A DNA stretch of 56,462 bases, the filler included, from Squatina squatina (taxonomy: Eukaryota), in NCBI GenBank assembly GCA_031763465.1. It is 4 parts of 4 records of this genome, joined end to end, with 100 filler letters (N's around TTAATTAATTAA, not from the genome) between each part and the next. Parts side by side here need not be neighbours in the genome. Positions count along the whole stretch, not along the records: positions 14,526 to 29,989 come from JARFOE010000013.1; positions 30,090 to 43,884 come from JARFOE010000038.1; 2 more parts are not named here. The stretch is one strand, 5' to 3'. The notes under the pieces are model-generated. The model made no database searches, was not told where the DNA came from, and saw nothing but the letters and a program-made list of their open reading frames with translations. The stretch's first letter is position 1; the number at the start of each line of letters is the position of its first letter. Below, one piece after another: positions 25,282 to 38,394 of the stretch. Position numbers and translations under genes: made by a program.

Positions 25282-25500
25282 CCAGGGGAGTTATCCCCAG
25301 TGTCCTGGCCAATATTTATCTCTCGATCAGCATAACAAAAACAGAATATCTGGCCATTATCACATTGCTCTTTGTGGGAGCTTGCTGTGCGCAAATTGGC
25401 TGCCGCATTTCGCACAATACAACAGTGACTACACTTCAAAAAGTACTTCATTGACTGTAAAGTGCTTTGGGATGTCTGGTGGTTATGAAAGGCACTGTAT
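25282..25500 (+). mobile_element. DeuSINE-type SINE 3' half
   Basis: caggggagttatccccagtgtcctggccaatatttatc..gcgcaaattggctgccgc is the reverse complement of the 47268-47580 copy. Confidence 0.8.
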
Positions 25501-25929
25501 TTTTTTTCTTTCTTTCATCTTCCCTTTTTTCCCTTTGGTGTACAATCCTTTTTATATTTACAGTGGGAAAGGTTGTTGATGTGAAAAGTATTGCCTTTCC
25601 AGTAATATTATGGTGCTCAACCTTGCATAGTTACGAGAAATCTGAGACATTAATCCTTGCCATAATTGTATACAGCCAACTGAAAGTAAAGTTAAGAATG
25701 GATTTTTTTTGTAATGCTGCAACATATGTTCAAGAAAGTACCAAGAGTCTTTTGAGGGAAGGAAACTATTTAATGGCTCTTTAACCCCAAACACTGGGCG
25801 GTAATGTATCTCCAACAAAGGTATGAAAAATACATGTCGCAGATTATAGCATGGATTTAGAAGTATGTGAGGAATTCCCAAGATTTTAACATCAAGGTGA
25901 AACAGTTCAGAACAGGATTTACCTCAGGG

Positions 25930-26609
25930 AAACACAACAAAATGTCAATCCTATGGAAATGCAGCAATGCCGTCAATTCCAGGCAAAAAAAATCTTCCCG
26001 TCAATCCTAAAGAAATAGAGCAATTCCATCAATCATAGGGAAATACAGCAATCAAGTTGATCCCAAAAATCCACAATTCATCAAACACAGAGGAATACAG
26101 CAAACTTGTTAATCCCAGAGAAATTCAGCAATCCTGCCAATCCCAGGGAAACTCAACAATCCCGTCAATCCCATGGAAATTCAGCAATCCCGTAAATTCC
26201 AGGGAAAAACAGCAATCTGGTCAATTCTAAGGAAATTCAGCAATACCGTGAATCCCAGGAAGCATAGAAATCCCGTTGAACCCAGAAAAAATGCATTCCC
26301 AACAAGCAATCCCGTCAATCCCAGGGAAATATAGCAATCCTGTCAACCAAAGAGAATCAGAGAAATCCTGTGAATCCCAGGGAAACACAGCAATCCCGTG
26401 ACACACATGGAAACAGTGCAATTCATTCATTCCCAGAGAAACACTGCAGTCCCGTCAATCCCAGGGTAACACAGCAAGCCTGTCTATCCCAGAAACAAAG
26501 CAATCCCGCCTATCCCAGGGAAACACAACAATCCCGTCAATCACAGAAACACAGCAATCCTGTCAATGCGAGAAACACAGCAATCCCGTCAATCCCAGAA
26601 ACACAGCAA
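25930..26609. repeat. Degenerate minisatellite, about 28-bp unit (ATCCCGTCAATCCCAGGGAAACACAGCA), more than 20 copies, runs into a gap
   Basis: Repeated caatcccgtcaatcccagggaaa motif at about 26-28 nt periodicity. Confidence 0.9.
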
Positions 26610-29600
26610 NNNNNNNNNNNNNNNNNNNNNNNNNNNNNNNNNNNNNNNNNNNNNNNNNNNNNNNNNNNNNNNNNNNNNNNNNNNNNNNNNNNNNNNNNNN
26701 NNNNNNNNNTCACCCCATCCCGGGCCCGAAATTCACTTCCGCCCCTGCAGAAGCGCCGGGTAAAAACACCACCAGCGGCAGGAGGCGTGGATCAGGTGGC
26801 CGGCCGTCACCGGGGGTGATGATTAAAGGCGAGGTGGCCAAGGTAAGTAAAAAAACCTGACCTATGCTGATGCATTCACTGGTTCCTGCCCGCAATTGTT
26901 AAGCCCAGGTCTCTGCTTGAGTGTGGCGCTGATCATGTGGGTTCACCGCTCCCTTGGTGGTCCAGGTCGGTCCGTTTTAAATTGCAGAGCTTGTAAGGGA
27001 GGGGAGGACCGTCTGTACGTGGCAGCATTGCTGAGGTTTTTGCCCCGCTTGCATCCTTTAGCGCTCCAAGAAGGAAGTGGAGCTCCACTTCCTCCCTGGA
27101 GCGCTAAAGCCAATTTTTTGAGAGCAGAGAAACATTAGTGCCCAACGCAAAGTTTCCCAGCTTTCAAAAGTTACGGCCCCCAATTGGGGCGACAATGAAT
27201 TTCTTCCCCACTATGCCCTAATACACGAAACAAAGAAATCAGTTCCTACTCTCTGACAATGGGAAATATGTTTATTTCAGTGCAAAATAGGTAATCATCT
27301 TCTGCATAAGTATAAAAGCAGAGGGATAGGAGCAAGGCAAGGGGTGGGATTATGACTTGGGTACTGCTGGTGAGGATGAAAATTTATTGGAAACATAAGC
27401 ACATCCCAGGCTTTAGAAAGAGATGGAAAATAGACATCTGGTTCAGAGCCAGAGGTTTGATGCCTGACTTAGATATTTTAGAAACTTCCAGACACGCCTC
27501 TCATAAGACTGGGCTGCCCTGATCCAAAATTGGATGGTTAACAGTGACTCTGCAGCAAGGTTTAGCCACACTCTGAAGGAGCTGTTAGATCGAAGTGACA
27601 GGCAGCATATTGTCTCACAGCTGTGTGCACAGCTGTACAAAAAAAGGCCTCCAAGTTATTTTCCCACTGGGTCAGTTACAAATGTTCTTGGCATTTGGGC
27701 TTGACCCTTGTTGGTTGGGCTTGGCCCTTCTTGAAGATCACTCACAGGTTGAAGTGCTGTTTTGATAAATAGGCTAAGTTGGGCATATTTTCAAACAACA
27801 TTGAACTGTTACTGTCCAGAAAGCATGAACAGTGCTTTGGATTCCTTTGCCTTGCTGCTTAGTTGTGAGAGGACGTAACTGTAAAAGCTAAACTCCCTGA
27901 ATGTGGCCCCTTCACATGTTGGTAGCTGTGTTTTCTTTCCTTTCCCCAATGGTATCTCCACTGGATCTCACTGGGTTCCGTTCCATGGGCACCAGCACCC
28001 CACCAGTATTTCATCCATATGGCCCTTCTTCATATGTGGCAGGCATGATTGTATTCCGAGATCAACAGGAATGGTAGGCTTGACTGATTTTTCCTCTCCC
28101 TAACACAAGCACACTGAGGACAATTCTAGCACCTCAACTGCTGTCTATGCTGAGATCAGCTAGTGTAGGAATTGAACTTGGGCCCTTTTGGTTTGTATAA
28201 TTTAGTGCTTCACAAGTTAATATCTTTACCCACTAGGCTAGTGGCAGGTGGAGCTCAAAATATTTGATCAAATATTTATTCACACATATCCTCACATAGG
28301 CTCGACAGGATTGCTCGTATGTATAATGAGATGCAGTCAGACCCTGATAACACAGTTTGCAATCAGAATAAAAGAGCTCTATCATTCCAATAATTTTGGC
28401 CCACAGTCAGTTGTCAACATATAGCAAGCACTATCGAGTGTTAATACAGAATCACATCCTCTGTCAGCTACTCCTCCCTTCATCAGATTAGCTCTCTCAT
28501 TGTTTGTTTCTCCATATCCTGTCATGTTTTAGCAGCTTACATAATGTAACTCTGTGTGCACAAGGACAGGTGTCATTTTAGGCAGTGNNNNNNNNNNNNN
28601 NNNNNNNNNNNNNNNNNNNNNNNNNNNNNNNNNNNNNNNNNNNNNNNNNNNNNNNNNNNNNNNNNNNNNNNNNNNNNNNNNNNNNNNTAGGTAATAAAGC
28701 CCTCTTTGCCAGTGATGCCCACATCCCAAGAATAAATACTTAAAAATTAGTACTTCCTGACAAATTATGATTTTGAAAAATCTTTAGGCAGCTATCGAAA
28801 AACATTGTGGTAATTTTCAAACATATAAAATTTAAAACTCTAGCGAAGTGATCTAAAATCAGAGCAGACAATAGCAATTTACAGTAAAACAGCGCAAATT
28901 TGCTTCATCTTATAAATACATTGAATGAATAATATGTTGTCAAGAAATTCTTCATAGAAATTATTAAATTTTGCAAACCTAGTGCCAATGCTTCCAATTT
29001 GGCAAGTAATGGGTACATTTTTAGATTCAGTTAGAGAGAGTAATTTTGCTGTTTCTAGCAATAAATAGCAATAATTAAAAACCACAAAGGAAAATGCATT
29101 AAACTATAGGAAATGGTGTACTGTTTTTTAGACTAGATCTTTTTCAAGGTTTAATTTGCAATTTTTTTTAATTGTCAGTAGCAAACACTTCCCATATGTG
29201 CCATTTCCGCTGCTCCTGACTTATGTTCCACCTGCTATGCTCACTCTATTAATCGTTATCTGATTGGCACAATACATTCTGTGGTGGGTTACAAAGACCA
29301 AGTGGCTTGAAAAAGCTCTCAGTTTTCCGAGGATGCAGTTGTCACTTTTCGTTAAGCGGCACGAATTCAAACTGTCACAATTCTCTCATTCACCAGACTT
29401 TGAGAAAAGCACATGCGCGTTCCTCTGGGAATCCTGGGTTATCCCACTGCCGCCTGGGATTGTTCACAGCTACTACTGACATGAAGGCAGCAATAGTGGA
29501 TTGTGAAAAAGCTGGATTCAAATACAGCCGAAAAGCCCACAGAAAGAAAGCCATACTTTGCAGCTGTCTGGAAACCTCACTCAATTGCTTGATGAAATAA

Positions 29601-30033
29601 TGGATTTCAAAGAGATCTCTTACATTGTTTTAGTCAGCTGTTTTCTTGTGTTATGGATTTCCATTGCCTCACTTATTATGACAGACTTAAGAGCTGATCT
29701 TTATTTTATTATAGCTGTGTACTGTTAACATCTTCAACACTTTATGTCATTGTATTTCTTGCCTTCAAACCTATTACAAGCTTGAAAACTTTTCAGTATC
29801 AGTACCTATATTTTTTACCAATTCATTCTATAAGCAAATTGGGAATTCTCTCCCCCACAAGGCTGTGGATGCTGGGACAATTGAAGTTTTCAAGACTGAG
29901 ATTGATAGCTCTTTGTGAGGTAAGGATATCAAAGGATATGGAGCTAAGGCAAGTACATAGGATTACGTAGGATATACACTACAGAAACANNNNNNNNNNN
30001 NNNNNNNNNNNNNNNNNNNNNNNNNNNNNNNNN

Positions 30034-30045
30034 TTAATTAATTAA
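30034..30045. other. Synthetic assembly linker TTAATTAATTAA
   Basis: Centred in the 100-nt gap 29990-30089. Confidence 0.95.
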
Positions 30046-30409
30046 NNNNNNNNNNNNNNNNNNNNNNNNNNNNNNNNNNNNNNNNNNNNGGATCCGGCTT
30101 CGACTGCAATGCCGTCGGTGGCGAACTGTCGGTCAAGAACTTACTAACCAGGCTCACGAACGAAGAGCCGCTGGCGCTGATAGGAGCTCGCTGCAGCAAG
30201 CCAGTGCTTTCTTGGGGTGCGGTGAAAAAGAGAAAAACTGGGGGTGGGGGAAAAAAAGAAAGCACCCAACACAGTTGAAACTAAAAGGTTTTCAAAATGG
30301 TAATAACGGATTCTGCATGTCCGCAATGACTGCGAGCGCGGGTTCTGAAGTAGCAGTTTTATCCTGACTAAGGCCTGGCAATCTGAAGCGAAAGGCAAGA
30401 GTCACTCAC

Positions 30410-30492
30410 CCAGATTCTGTCGGTATTCTGACTTTATTCCAATCTGCAGAAGCTGGTTTTCAAACAGGACCCCGTTGTTTTTGCAGACGAAC
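30410..30492 (-). CDS. AP2A1: AP-2 alpha-adaptin exon, start of the appendage (ear) domain
   Basis: atgtag|[29 protein letters not shown]|gtgagt, 83 nt. Confidence 0.93.
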
Positions 30493-30996
30493 CTACATCA
30501 GTGGGGGGTGGGGGGTGGGGGGGAAAGAGAGAAAGAGGGGGAACGAGGGGTGGACAGACAGTAAGCAAAAGATCAGCCAGCACAGACAAGCACCGTTTAT
30601 ATCTCTAACCGGGACAGACGTGATGGGCCGAACGGCCTCGTTCTGTGCTGTAAATTTCTTTGATTCTACGATAACGTGCCAGTGGGAACAGTAGCCACTG
30701 AAAGGCTAATTCCAGACCTGCGCTGTAACTCGCATTTTAGCACCAACACACTTTTGTTATATATATATAAAAAAAGATCATTATCACACTCACTTATCCT
30801 CTCAAATAGCTCCACCACCAGTGGTGAATCTGAAANNNNNNNNNNNNNNNNNNNNNNNNNNNNNNNNNNNNNNNNNNNNNNNNNNNNNNNNNNNNNNNNN
30901 NNNNNNNNNNNNNNNNNNNNNNNNNNNNNNNNNNNTAAATCCAAGTCTTTCTTTCTTAAAGCTTACGGACCATCTCTTTTACCTTCTTCAGCTCAC

Positions 30997-31094
30997 CTGG
31001 ATCGAGGATCACCGGCAATGAGATTCCCAAATTCTCCCAGAATGTATCCGCCCACCTTCACCATGTTCTCGTGACAGGCTGGGGCCTGGAGTGC
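30997..31094 (-). CDS. AP2A1: AP-2 alpha-adaptin trunk exon
   Basis: ggttttcag|[32 protein letters not shown]|gtgagc, 98 nt. ENM is the AP2A1-type residue (recalled). Confidence 0.93.
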
Positions 31095-31604
31095 CTGAAA
31101 ACCAAATCGAAAATAGTTTAACATGGGCACACACAGACATTGAGTACAAGAGGGGGATATCTAGCCACACTCCCTCTCATGCACTAAATTTAGGCCCCTC
31201 TCGTGGGTTGATTTTTACACCATGTCCCTTTTAAAAAACAATACCTTTTCGAATGCTGTAATCAATTTGCACCAATCACCACTTGTGGCAAAGTGTTCCA
31301 CATTCTGCTAACTCTTAAAATGTTTCTTTTAAATCGCCCTCGTTACATATCGAGACTGTGCCCCGTGTCTCCGATTTATCTACCAATGGAAACAATGTCT
31401 CGGCCTTTTAGCATTTTTTAGTAGTAAATACGTTTTTTGAGATTGTGAAGCAGTTGTAAGAATGGCAGCAGACAACAGACTGGTCAGTTCCTTGTTGAGA
31501 CACAATCTAGATTAGGCCGAGTGGGTCAGCTGGACACTGGCTTGTTTATATTTTCAGCACTGCTTAAAAAGAATCAGGCATGGAAACTCGCCTGACGGCC
31601 CACT

Positions 31605-31898
31605 CAGCAGGTAAATACCTTGTCCAATGAGGGACAGAGTTCTACGCAGTGGGTAAATGCCTCGTCCAACGAGGGACAGAGCTCTACTCAGCGGGTAAAT
31701 GCCTCGTCCAACGAGGGGCAGAGCTCTGCTCAGCGGGTAAATGCCTCGTCCTATGAGGGACAGAGCTCTACTCAGCGGGCAAACGCCTCGTCCAATGAGG
31801 GACAGAGCTCTACTCAGCGGGCAAACGCCTTATCCAATGAGGGACAGAGCTCTACTCAGCGGGTAAACGCCTCGTCCAATGAGGGACAGAGCTCTACT
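31605..31898. repeat. 42-bp tandem repeat, about 7 copies, truncated by a gap
   Basis: Unit GGGTAAATGCCTCGTCCAATGAGGGACAGAGCTCTACTCAGC. Confidence 0.95.
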
Positions 31899-32527
31899 NN
31901 NNNNNNNNNNNNNNNNNNNNNNNNNNNNNNNNNNNNNNNNNNNNNNNNNNNNNNNNNNNNNNNNNNNNNNNNNNNNNNNNNNNNNNNNNNNNNNNNNNAG
32001 ATAGGAGGTTGGAGCAGTGAGATCAACGGAGAACGCAGAGGGATTTGAAGGCAAGGACAAATTGAATTGAAAAATATTTGAAGGAGAAAAAGAAAAATTG
32101 CAGGGATATGCGGGAAAAGAGCAGGGGGAGTGGGACTAACTGGATTGCTCTTCAAAAGAGCCTGCGCAGACACGATGGGCCGAATGGCCTCCTTCTGTGC
32201 TGTACTATACGATGGCAAGGATTTTGAAGTTGATGTACTGAGGGATGGTTGACCAGGATTAGGATGATGAGCAAATTGGGACTTTATGGGAGGAGGAGAG
32301 TGGTGGCGTTCTGGATGAGGGAGTTTGGGAGGTTAGTGGGGAAGAACACAAGGCACAAATTAAAGGTATCAGTATCAACAGAGGAGGAAGAGAGACAGAA
32401 ATTGGCAACATTTTCAGAGACAGAACTAGGTATTTTTTCCGTAATGGGGCTGCCTGTGGAGCTTCAAACGCAACTCAAATTCAAATATGGCTCAAATTGT
32501 TCTCAAAAATCCAGGTCAGACCTTTAC

Positions 32528-32710
32528 CTCGAACACAGTCTTCGCGGCATAACCTTGGACGTCATCACGGTTAATAACGATCTGAATGACTCGGTACCAC
32601 ACCTCCTCACTGACGTAGTCCCCCGCAATGCGGATGAGGTTCAGGATTGTGTCCACGTACCATGTGTAATCCACTGCATACTTCTCAGCTAGAATTGCCA
32701 CCTTCAGGAC
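32528..32710 (-). CDS. AP2A1: AP-2 alpha-adaptin trunk exon
   Basis: gtgtcag|[61 protein letters not shown]|gtaaag, 183 nt, phase 0-0, contiguous in protein with the 31094 exon. Confidence 0.93.
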
Positions 32711-35150
32711 CTGACACGGATTTAAAACAAAAGGAATGCTGAGTGAGTGGGCGCCCTTTCTGAAATGCTGCAGCCGGCCCAGGCCGATGACCGCCTGGGT
32801 TAAAAACAGGGCGGTACTGAGCCACACAGGTCAGGGACCTTAATCGATGTGTTTCAGTACCGCTCTGGGCCAGCCGAGTCAACAGCCGCTTGATCAGCAT
32901 CCGTGTCACTTAACTCGATACCCAAGTCTTTCCACCGCCATGGCTGCAGTATGTACCGGGTGCACTGGAGCAACTCGCCAGCACCTCCCCATTCCTTTAG
33001 TTTTTGCTCTCAGCTCCTTCCTCCGTACTCTGGAAAAACCCAACTGAGAATTACTGTAAACTTGCATAACCCGGCCATGCTGTGCAGCAGCAAGTAAGAA
33101 AAATAAGTGAAACTCAACTCCTCCGAATACACTCGGGGAAAGTAGGGAGGCAAGGCTTGCATCGAAACATTCCTCATAAATGTTTCACTTCATATACAGC
33201 AAATTCGTTTGGAAGTGTAGCGACATACGCNNNNNNNNNNNNNNNNNNNNNNNNNNNNNNNNNNNNNNNNNNNNNNNNNNNNNNNNNNNNNNNNNNNNNN
33301 NNNNNNNNNNNNNNNNNNNNNNNNNNNNNNNNNNNNNNNNNNNNNNNNNNNNNNNNNNNNNNNNNNNNNNNNNNNNNNNNNNNNNNNNNNNNNNNNNNNN
33401 NNNNNNNNNNNNNNNNNNNNNNNNNNNNNNNNNNNNNNNNNNNNNNNNNNNNNNNNNNNNNNNNNNNNNNNNNNNNNNNNNNNNNNNNNNNNNNNNNNNN
33501 NNNNNNNNNNNNNNNNNNNNNNNNNNNNNNNNNNNNNNNNNNNNNNNNNNNNNNNNNNNNNNNNNNNNNNNNNNNNNNNNNNNNNNNNNNNNNNNNNNNN
33601 NNNNNNNNNNNNNNNNNNNNNNNNNNNNNNNNNNNNNNNNNNNNNNNNNNNNNNNNNNNNNNNNNNNNNNNNNNNNNNNNNNNNNNNNNNNNNNNNNNNN
33701 NNNNNNNNNNNNNNNNNNNNNNNNNNNNNNNNNNNNNNNNNNNNNNNNNNNNNNNNNNNNNNNNNNNNNNNNNNNNNNNNNNNNNNNNNNNNNNNNNNNN
33801 NNNNNNNNNNNNNNNNNNNNNNNNNNNNNNNNNNNNNNNNNNNNNNNNNNNNNNNNNNNNNNNNNNNNNNNNNNNNNNNNNNNNNNNNNNNNNNNNNNNN
33901 NNNNNNNNNNNNNNNNNNNNNNNNNNNNNNNNNNNNNNNNNNNNNNNNNNNNNNNNNNNNNNNNNNNNNNNNNNNNNNNNNNNNNNNNNNNNNNNNNNNN
34001 NNNNNNNNNNNNNNNNNNNNNNNNNNNNNNNNNNNNNNNNNNNNNNNNNNNNNNNNNNNNNNNNNNNNNNNNNNNNNNNNNNNNNNNNNNNNNNNNNNNN
34101 NNNNNNNNNNNNNNNNNNNNNNNNNNNNNNNNNNNNNNNNNNNNNNNNNNNNNNNNNNNNNNNNNNNNNNNNNNNNNNNNNNNNNNACTCAATCTTTAGA
34201 TTTAGATCATAACACAGAATAGCTTACCGCACGTGAGCCACTCTGCTTTTTCTAGTCCTCAGCTGCCAACTGTGGATGTCACTGTATCTAGTAAACACAA
34301 GCCAGCATTTATCATCTTAAAATTGAACTTTTAAAATAAAAAAGTTCAAAATGTCAAAATAAAATCAAGCGAGATGTAGAATTTTTCTTGTTTGATAAAT
34401 CTGCAGTCATGATGTCAACAACATGAACTCTTTTCTGATCAGCACATTTCAGGGTCAAGCAACAACAACCAGGTTAAAAAGAAAATAATCCCCCAATCAT
34501 TGTATATTTAAATACCTGTTTCATTTTAAAAAACATATACATTTTATAAAACAAGCCTTTCATCTTCCTCCCCAGTCTCAAGGTGTCTACAGATTAGCTC
34601 TCCACCCAAGGCAGTAATGCTAGCTGCCGACACTGGTCGCGCAACAAAGTCAGCTTGCCAGTGAATCAGGAGCAGGAGCGCAGCCCCCAGGGCAATATAG
34701 AAGCAATTTGCTGGTCCCATGACTACCGCAGTCAAAAGGAGTGAGCAAGGAATCTACTCTTGGCCCTCCGGCTGTTTTAAGGGCGCACAGAAGCAATTCC
34801 TTACCTACTCCCCCGCTTGCCTCTTGCTCAGTGCTCCACAGCTGGAATCAAGAGACCGAGGGAAGACTAGGCTTTAACCCTACCGCATCTGCACAGTAGT
34901 GTCCCACCTCCCACCTGAATTTCTCTCTTCACACTCTCTGGGGTACAGTTCCAAGGGCGCCAGCTGCCCTCGGGATACCTCACCCAACTGGCCCTATGCA
35001 AGCCCAGAGAGAGCGAGTGCTGGGGTGGAGGCTCTCTGGCTGCGAAAGGCAGCAAAGCCAAATCTACTAAGTCAATGAGCGAGCTGCGTTATTTACATTG
35101 CAACATAACCTAACACCCTTTAAATCGCACACAAACGCCATGCCACATAC

Positions 35151-35301
35151 CTGTCGAAATGTATAATGAGGCTGATCGCTTCAAAAAGAATTGCATTCTT
35201 GGCGTTGGAGTGTTGTACCTTTTTGGATTTCGGTGGCTCCTGAGCCTTATTCAGGATAGTCTCCATACATTCGATCAGGCGACCCTTCACAGCAGTGTCC
35301 T
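35151..35301 (-). CDS. AP2A1: AP-2 alpha-adaptin trunk exon
   Basis: ctctgcag|(E)[49 protein letters not shown]|gtatgt, 151 nt. Confidence 0.93.
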
Positions 35302-35879
35302 CTGCAGAGGACGAAACAAAATGAGCACGGAGAACAACTGTCCTCAGTAACCCAGGGTTGCCAAGGCCAATTCGAGAACCCTTACCAATACCCTGGTTGA
35401 ATCAGTTAACACAGCACCGAGCAAGCAATTGAACTGGGTTTCTTCTGGTTTGTACAGCTTTGTTCTACACCCGCTAGATAAGCAGGCAACCTGGATGCCA
35501 TTCACATCGATCTATGTATATTAATTACCAAATCTTGCATGGGGTGCGCAACTCCTGTCTAAACACCTTGCTTCCTGTTGTCACGATTTTTGGGTCATGC
35601 TTTTGTGTCAATATTCACCATTGTAAATTGCTATGTCAACATTTCCCATTCAACTTTGCTATGTCAACTGTCACGCTGTAATTGCAGGCTCCAGCCCTTA
35701 GGTGGCTCCATAGAGCAAGTTTTTGAAGTTTCTTGCAACTCCATTGCCCTCTTACTTTTAAGAATTATACATGGATATCAACTGACTATGGGCAAAGCAG
35801 CAAGTATTACAGAAGTGACCAATAGACTATTCGGTCACAACAACGCAAGAATGCAGTCGTGAGCGGCAAGGTGCCTTAC

Positions 35880-35988
35880 CAGGTGGAGGATAGCACTGCA
35901 GGAGTCGTAGCAGCTTGACAGAAAGCCAGGGTGCGGGAACAAAGTAATAGGTGTAATCCTGCAGGTCAGTGGAGGCCGACGACACAAT
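35880..35988 (-). CDS. AP2A1: AP-2 alpha-adaptin trunk exon
   Basis: ctgttacag|[37 protein letters not shown]|gtaagg, 109 nt, phase-compatible with the 35301 exon. Confidence 0.93.
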
Positions 35989-36910
35989 CTGTAACAGCCG
36001 AGGAAGAAGAACCAGTCAAACTATTGGTCAATTGTAAACCAAGACACACTTGAGCGAGGCCTGAAAAGTCTTGCGACAACACTTGTGTTCATTCGCACAC
36101 ATCTAGATTTTGGGGTGAGTTTTATACTCAAGGTGAGAAATGTTCGTTCTCGTCTATCTCAGGCATCCACCATCAGCATCAAGCATCAGCATCAAGCATG
36201 CCCAGATCAGTTACAGCAGGGTTTGCTGTAAAGACCCTACATTACTACACTTGGGACGTCCNNNNNNNNNNNNNNNNNNNNNNNNNNNNNNNNNNNNNNN
36301 NNNNNNNNNNNNNNNNNNNNNNNNNNNNNNNNNNNNNNNNNNNNNNNNNNNNNNNNNNNNNTTCAGCCCAACTGGGCCATGCAGACCTCCTCCCATTCTA
36401 TTTACTTCATTGCACCCTATCAACATACCCTTCTGTTCCATTCTGTCTCATGTGTTTATCTAGCTTCCCTTTAAATGCATCTATGTTATTTGCCTCAACC
36501 ACTCCACGTGGTAGCGAGATCCGCACTCTTTGCACTTTGGAAAACTTTAACTAATAATGTGTTCTGAAATTGCACTATTGAGCATTGGCAGACATTGATG
36601 ACCAGCGAGTCAGGAGACATCTGCTTTCCTCAAGGAGCCTTAGGTCCCAGTTCCCTGTGGTCCAGCATTGAGAAGGAAGATTGTCGCAGAGAATCAAACA
36701 CAAGTCCAGATACTGGGGATCGTGTCGGAGGAGTCCACCATGCAGTCAACCTGGAGCACATAATTCCCTCTCCCTCCACCCGCCCTCCACCAACGGAAGA
36801 TCTCAGAACAGGCGCAGCTTCTGGCATGAAAGTTGTGGCTTCTTGCAGAGACTGTTGGGGCCCCAGAGTACAAAGGGTCATCTATCGAGGCTTTGATTGA
36901 GTGGCACCAT

Positions 36911-36928
36911 TTAGGGTTAGGGTTAGGG
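36911..36928 (+). repeat. Interstitial telomeric repeat (TTAGGG)3
   Basis: Three perfect TTAGGG units. Confidence 0.8.
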
Positions 36929-38394
36929 TCAAATGTGTTTTCCCACTGATCAATGATCGACAAGACTTGTGTGACATCGATGTCCAGTAGGTCTGTGCCA
37001 ATTGTATGCCATCCCATCAAAAACCCTCAGACGCGCACAAATGCGGGAGGAATAGCCAACATAGGAGGCGCAGCCTACAGAGGTAAACTTGCTGGTGCCT
37101 CAGCCCTCCCGAGACAAGTACCAGCTGTGAGATAAAAACATTACTTCTATCATTCAAGTCCATTATTTTAATCGTTAAAACAAGTCGCAAAAGTCCAAAA
37201 TCCTTCACACCTCAGTTCCCCAGCTCCAGGCGATATAAGCATTAGGAGGGAGAAATTGGCCTCCTTTGCGCCTCCCGTTATCACCTCCAGGGGTGCGGTA
37301 TTGGAGCGCTAACGACTTACCAACCAGGCGCGGCGAAATAAACGACTCCCGCTAACTTCACTTGGAGGTTTGCAGCGGCAGTAACCCCTAGCGNNNNNNN
37401 NNNNNNNNNNNNNNNNNNNNNNNNNNNNNNNNNNNNNNNNNNNNNNNNNNNNNNNNNNNNNNNNNNNNNNNNNNNNNNNNNNNNNNNNNNNNNAGTATTT
37501 GATGTATTAAATACCGAGGCTGATTTACTGTCTTAGAGAGCAGCTGAAAAGAAGGCACGTAACTGCCAGATGAACAGGAAAGCATTGGGGCAAGCATACC
37601 AGAATGGGGAATTGGAAAATAGTTACAGCATTAACACGCAAGACCAAGACATAAACCATGGCTACAAACTCTACAGGCAACACATAAGCGCTTCTTTTCT
37701 GAGGTTTTGTAAAAGGAATTTAATGTACTGTTGATGGCAGAATCACTAACAATGCAAGTTCCCCACTCACAAATCAGGCATAAACCTATTCCCACATCAT
37801 TACCCCGATATGATGAAGACACAGTTTAAAAAAAAATCAAAGACCATGTCCTAGGATTTCTACAGCTTATTCAGCACCATTTCTGCTTTTAAGCAGGGCA
37901 GGTAACTTTCTTTGGTAACAAAATGGGGGTGCTTATTTACCCTCTCCATGATTAGCACACTGAGTCCTGAGTGACCTCATTTAAATACATTAGAATGAGG
38001 GCTGGAGGTGTTGCAATTTTTACACTCACAAAGCACTCGAGGTAAGTTAGCCTGAGAATTATAAGGCAGAGCTGCAACAGGAAAAAGCAAAGAGTTTCTG
38101 AGCAATTCCTGCAACTGGAAAGGACTTTTTTTGCAGCAATTCCTTTTGGCATTCTACCTACACAGATCTAGACTTGCTTCTCACTGATACCACTGGAAGA
38201 TTGTGCAACCCCCCGCCCATAGTGAGGGCTTCTCAGAACAGGTTTGCCATACTGTTTGGGCATAACCTTGTCTGCCGTTATCATGGAGGAACAGCAGAGG
38301 GTGAAGCAGAAGAGAGTCAGGCGGCTGTTTAGAAATATGGGCCTCATCTGTTGTTACTCTTCCCCCTATAGAATATACAAGCAATATACAACTG

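Noticed and set aside
27508-27705. Plus-strand frame faintly resembling death-domain helices (ALIQNW..LLDRSDRQHIV)
   Set aside because: Weak acceptor, in-frame stop just upstream, and the similarity is only impressionistic.
33082-34212. ORFs of more than 300 aa
   Set aside because: Almost entirely N. The gap probably hides two missing AP2A1 exons.
36694-37020. WHTIGTDLLDID segment reminiscent of a Gypsy integrase; also checked for ADM5 or CPT1C expected by synteny
   Set aside because: No zinc-finger or further DDE motifs in frame, and no adrenomedullin or CPT motifs found.
38030-38346. Possible 42-nt exon and signal-peptide-like ORF in the PRMT1 intron
   Set aside because: No PRMT1 or other recognisable homology, and the pieces do not join into a convincing product.
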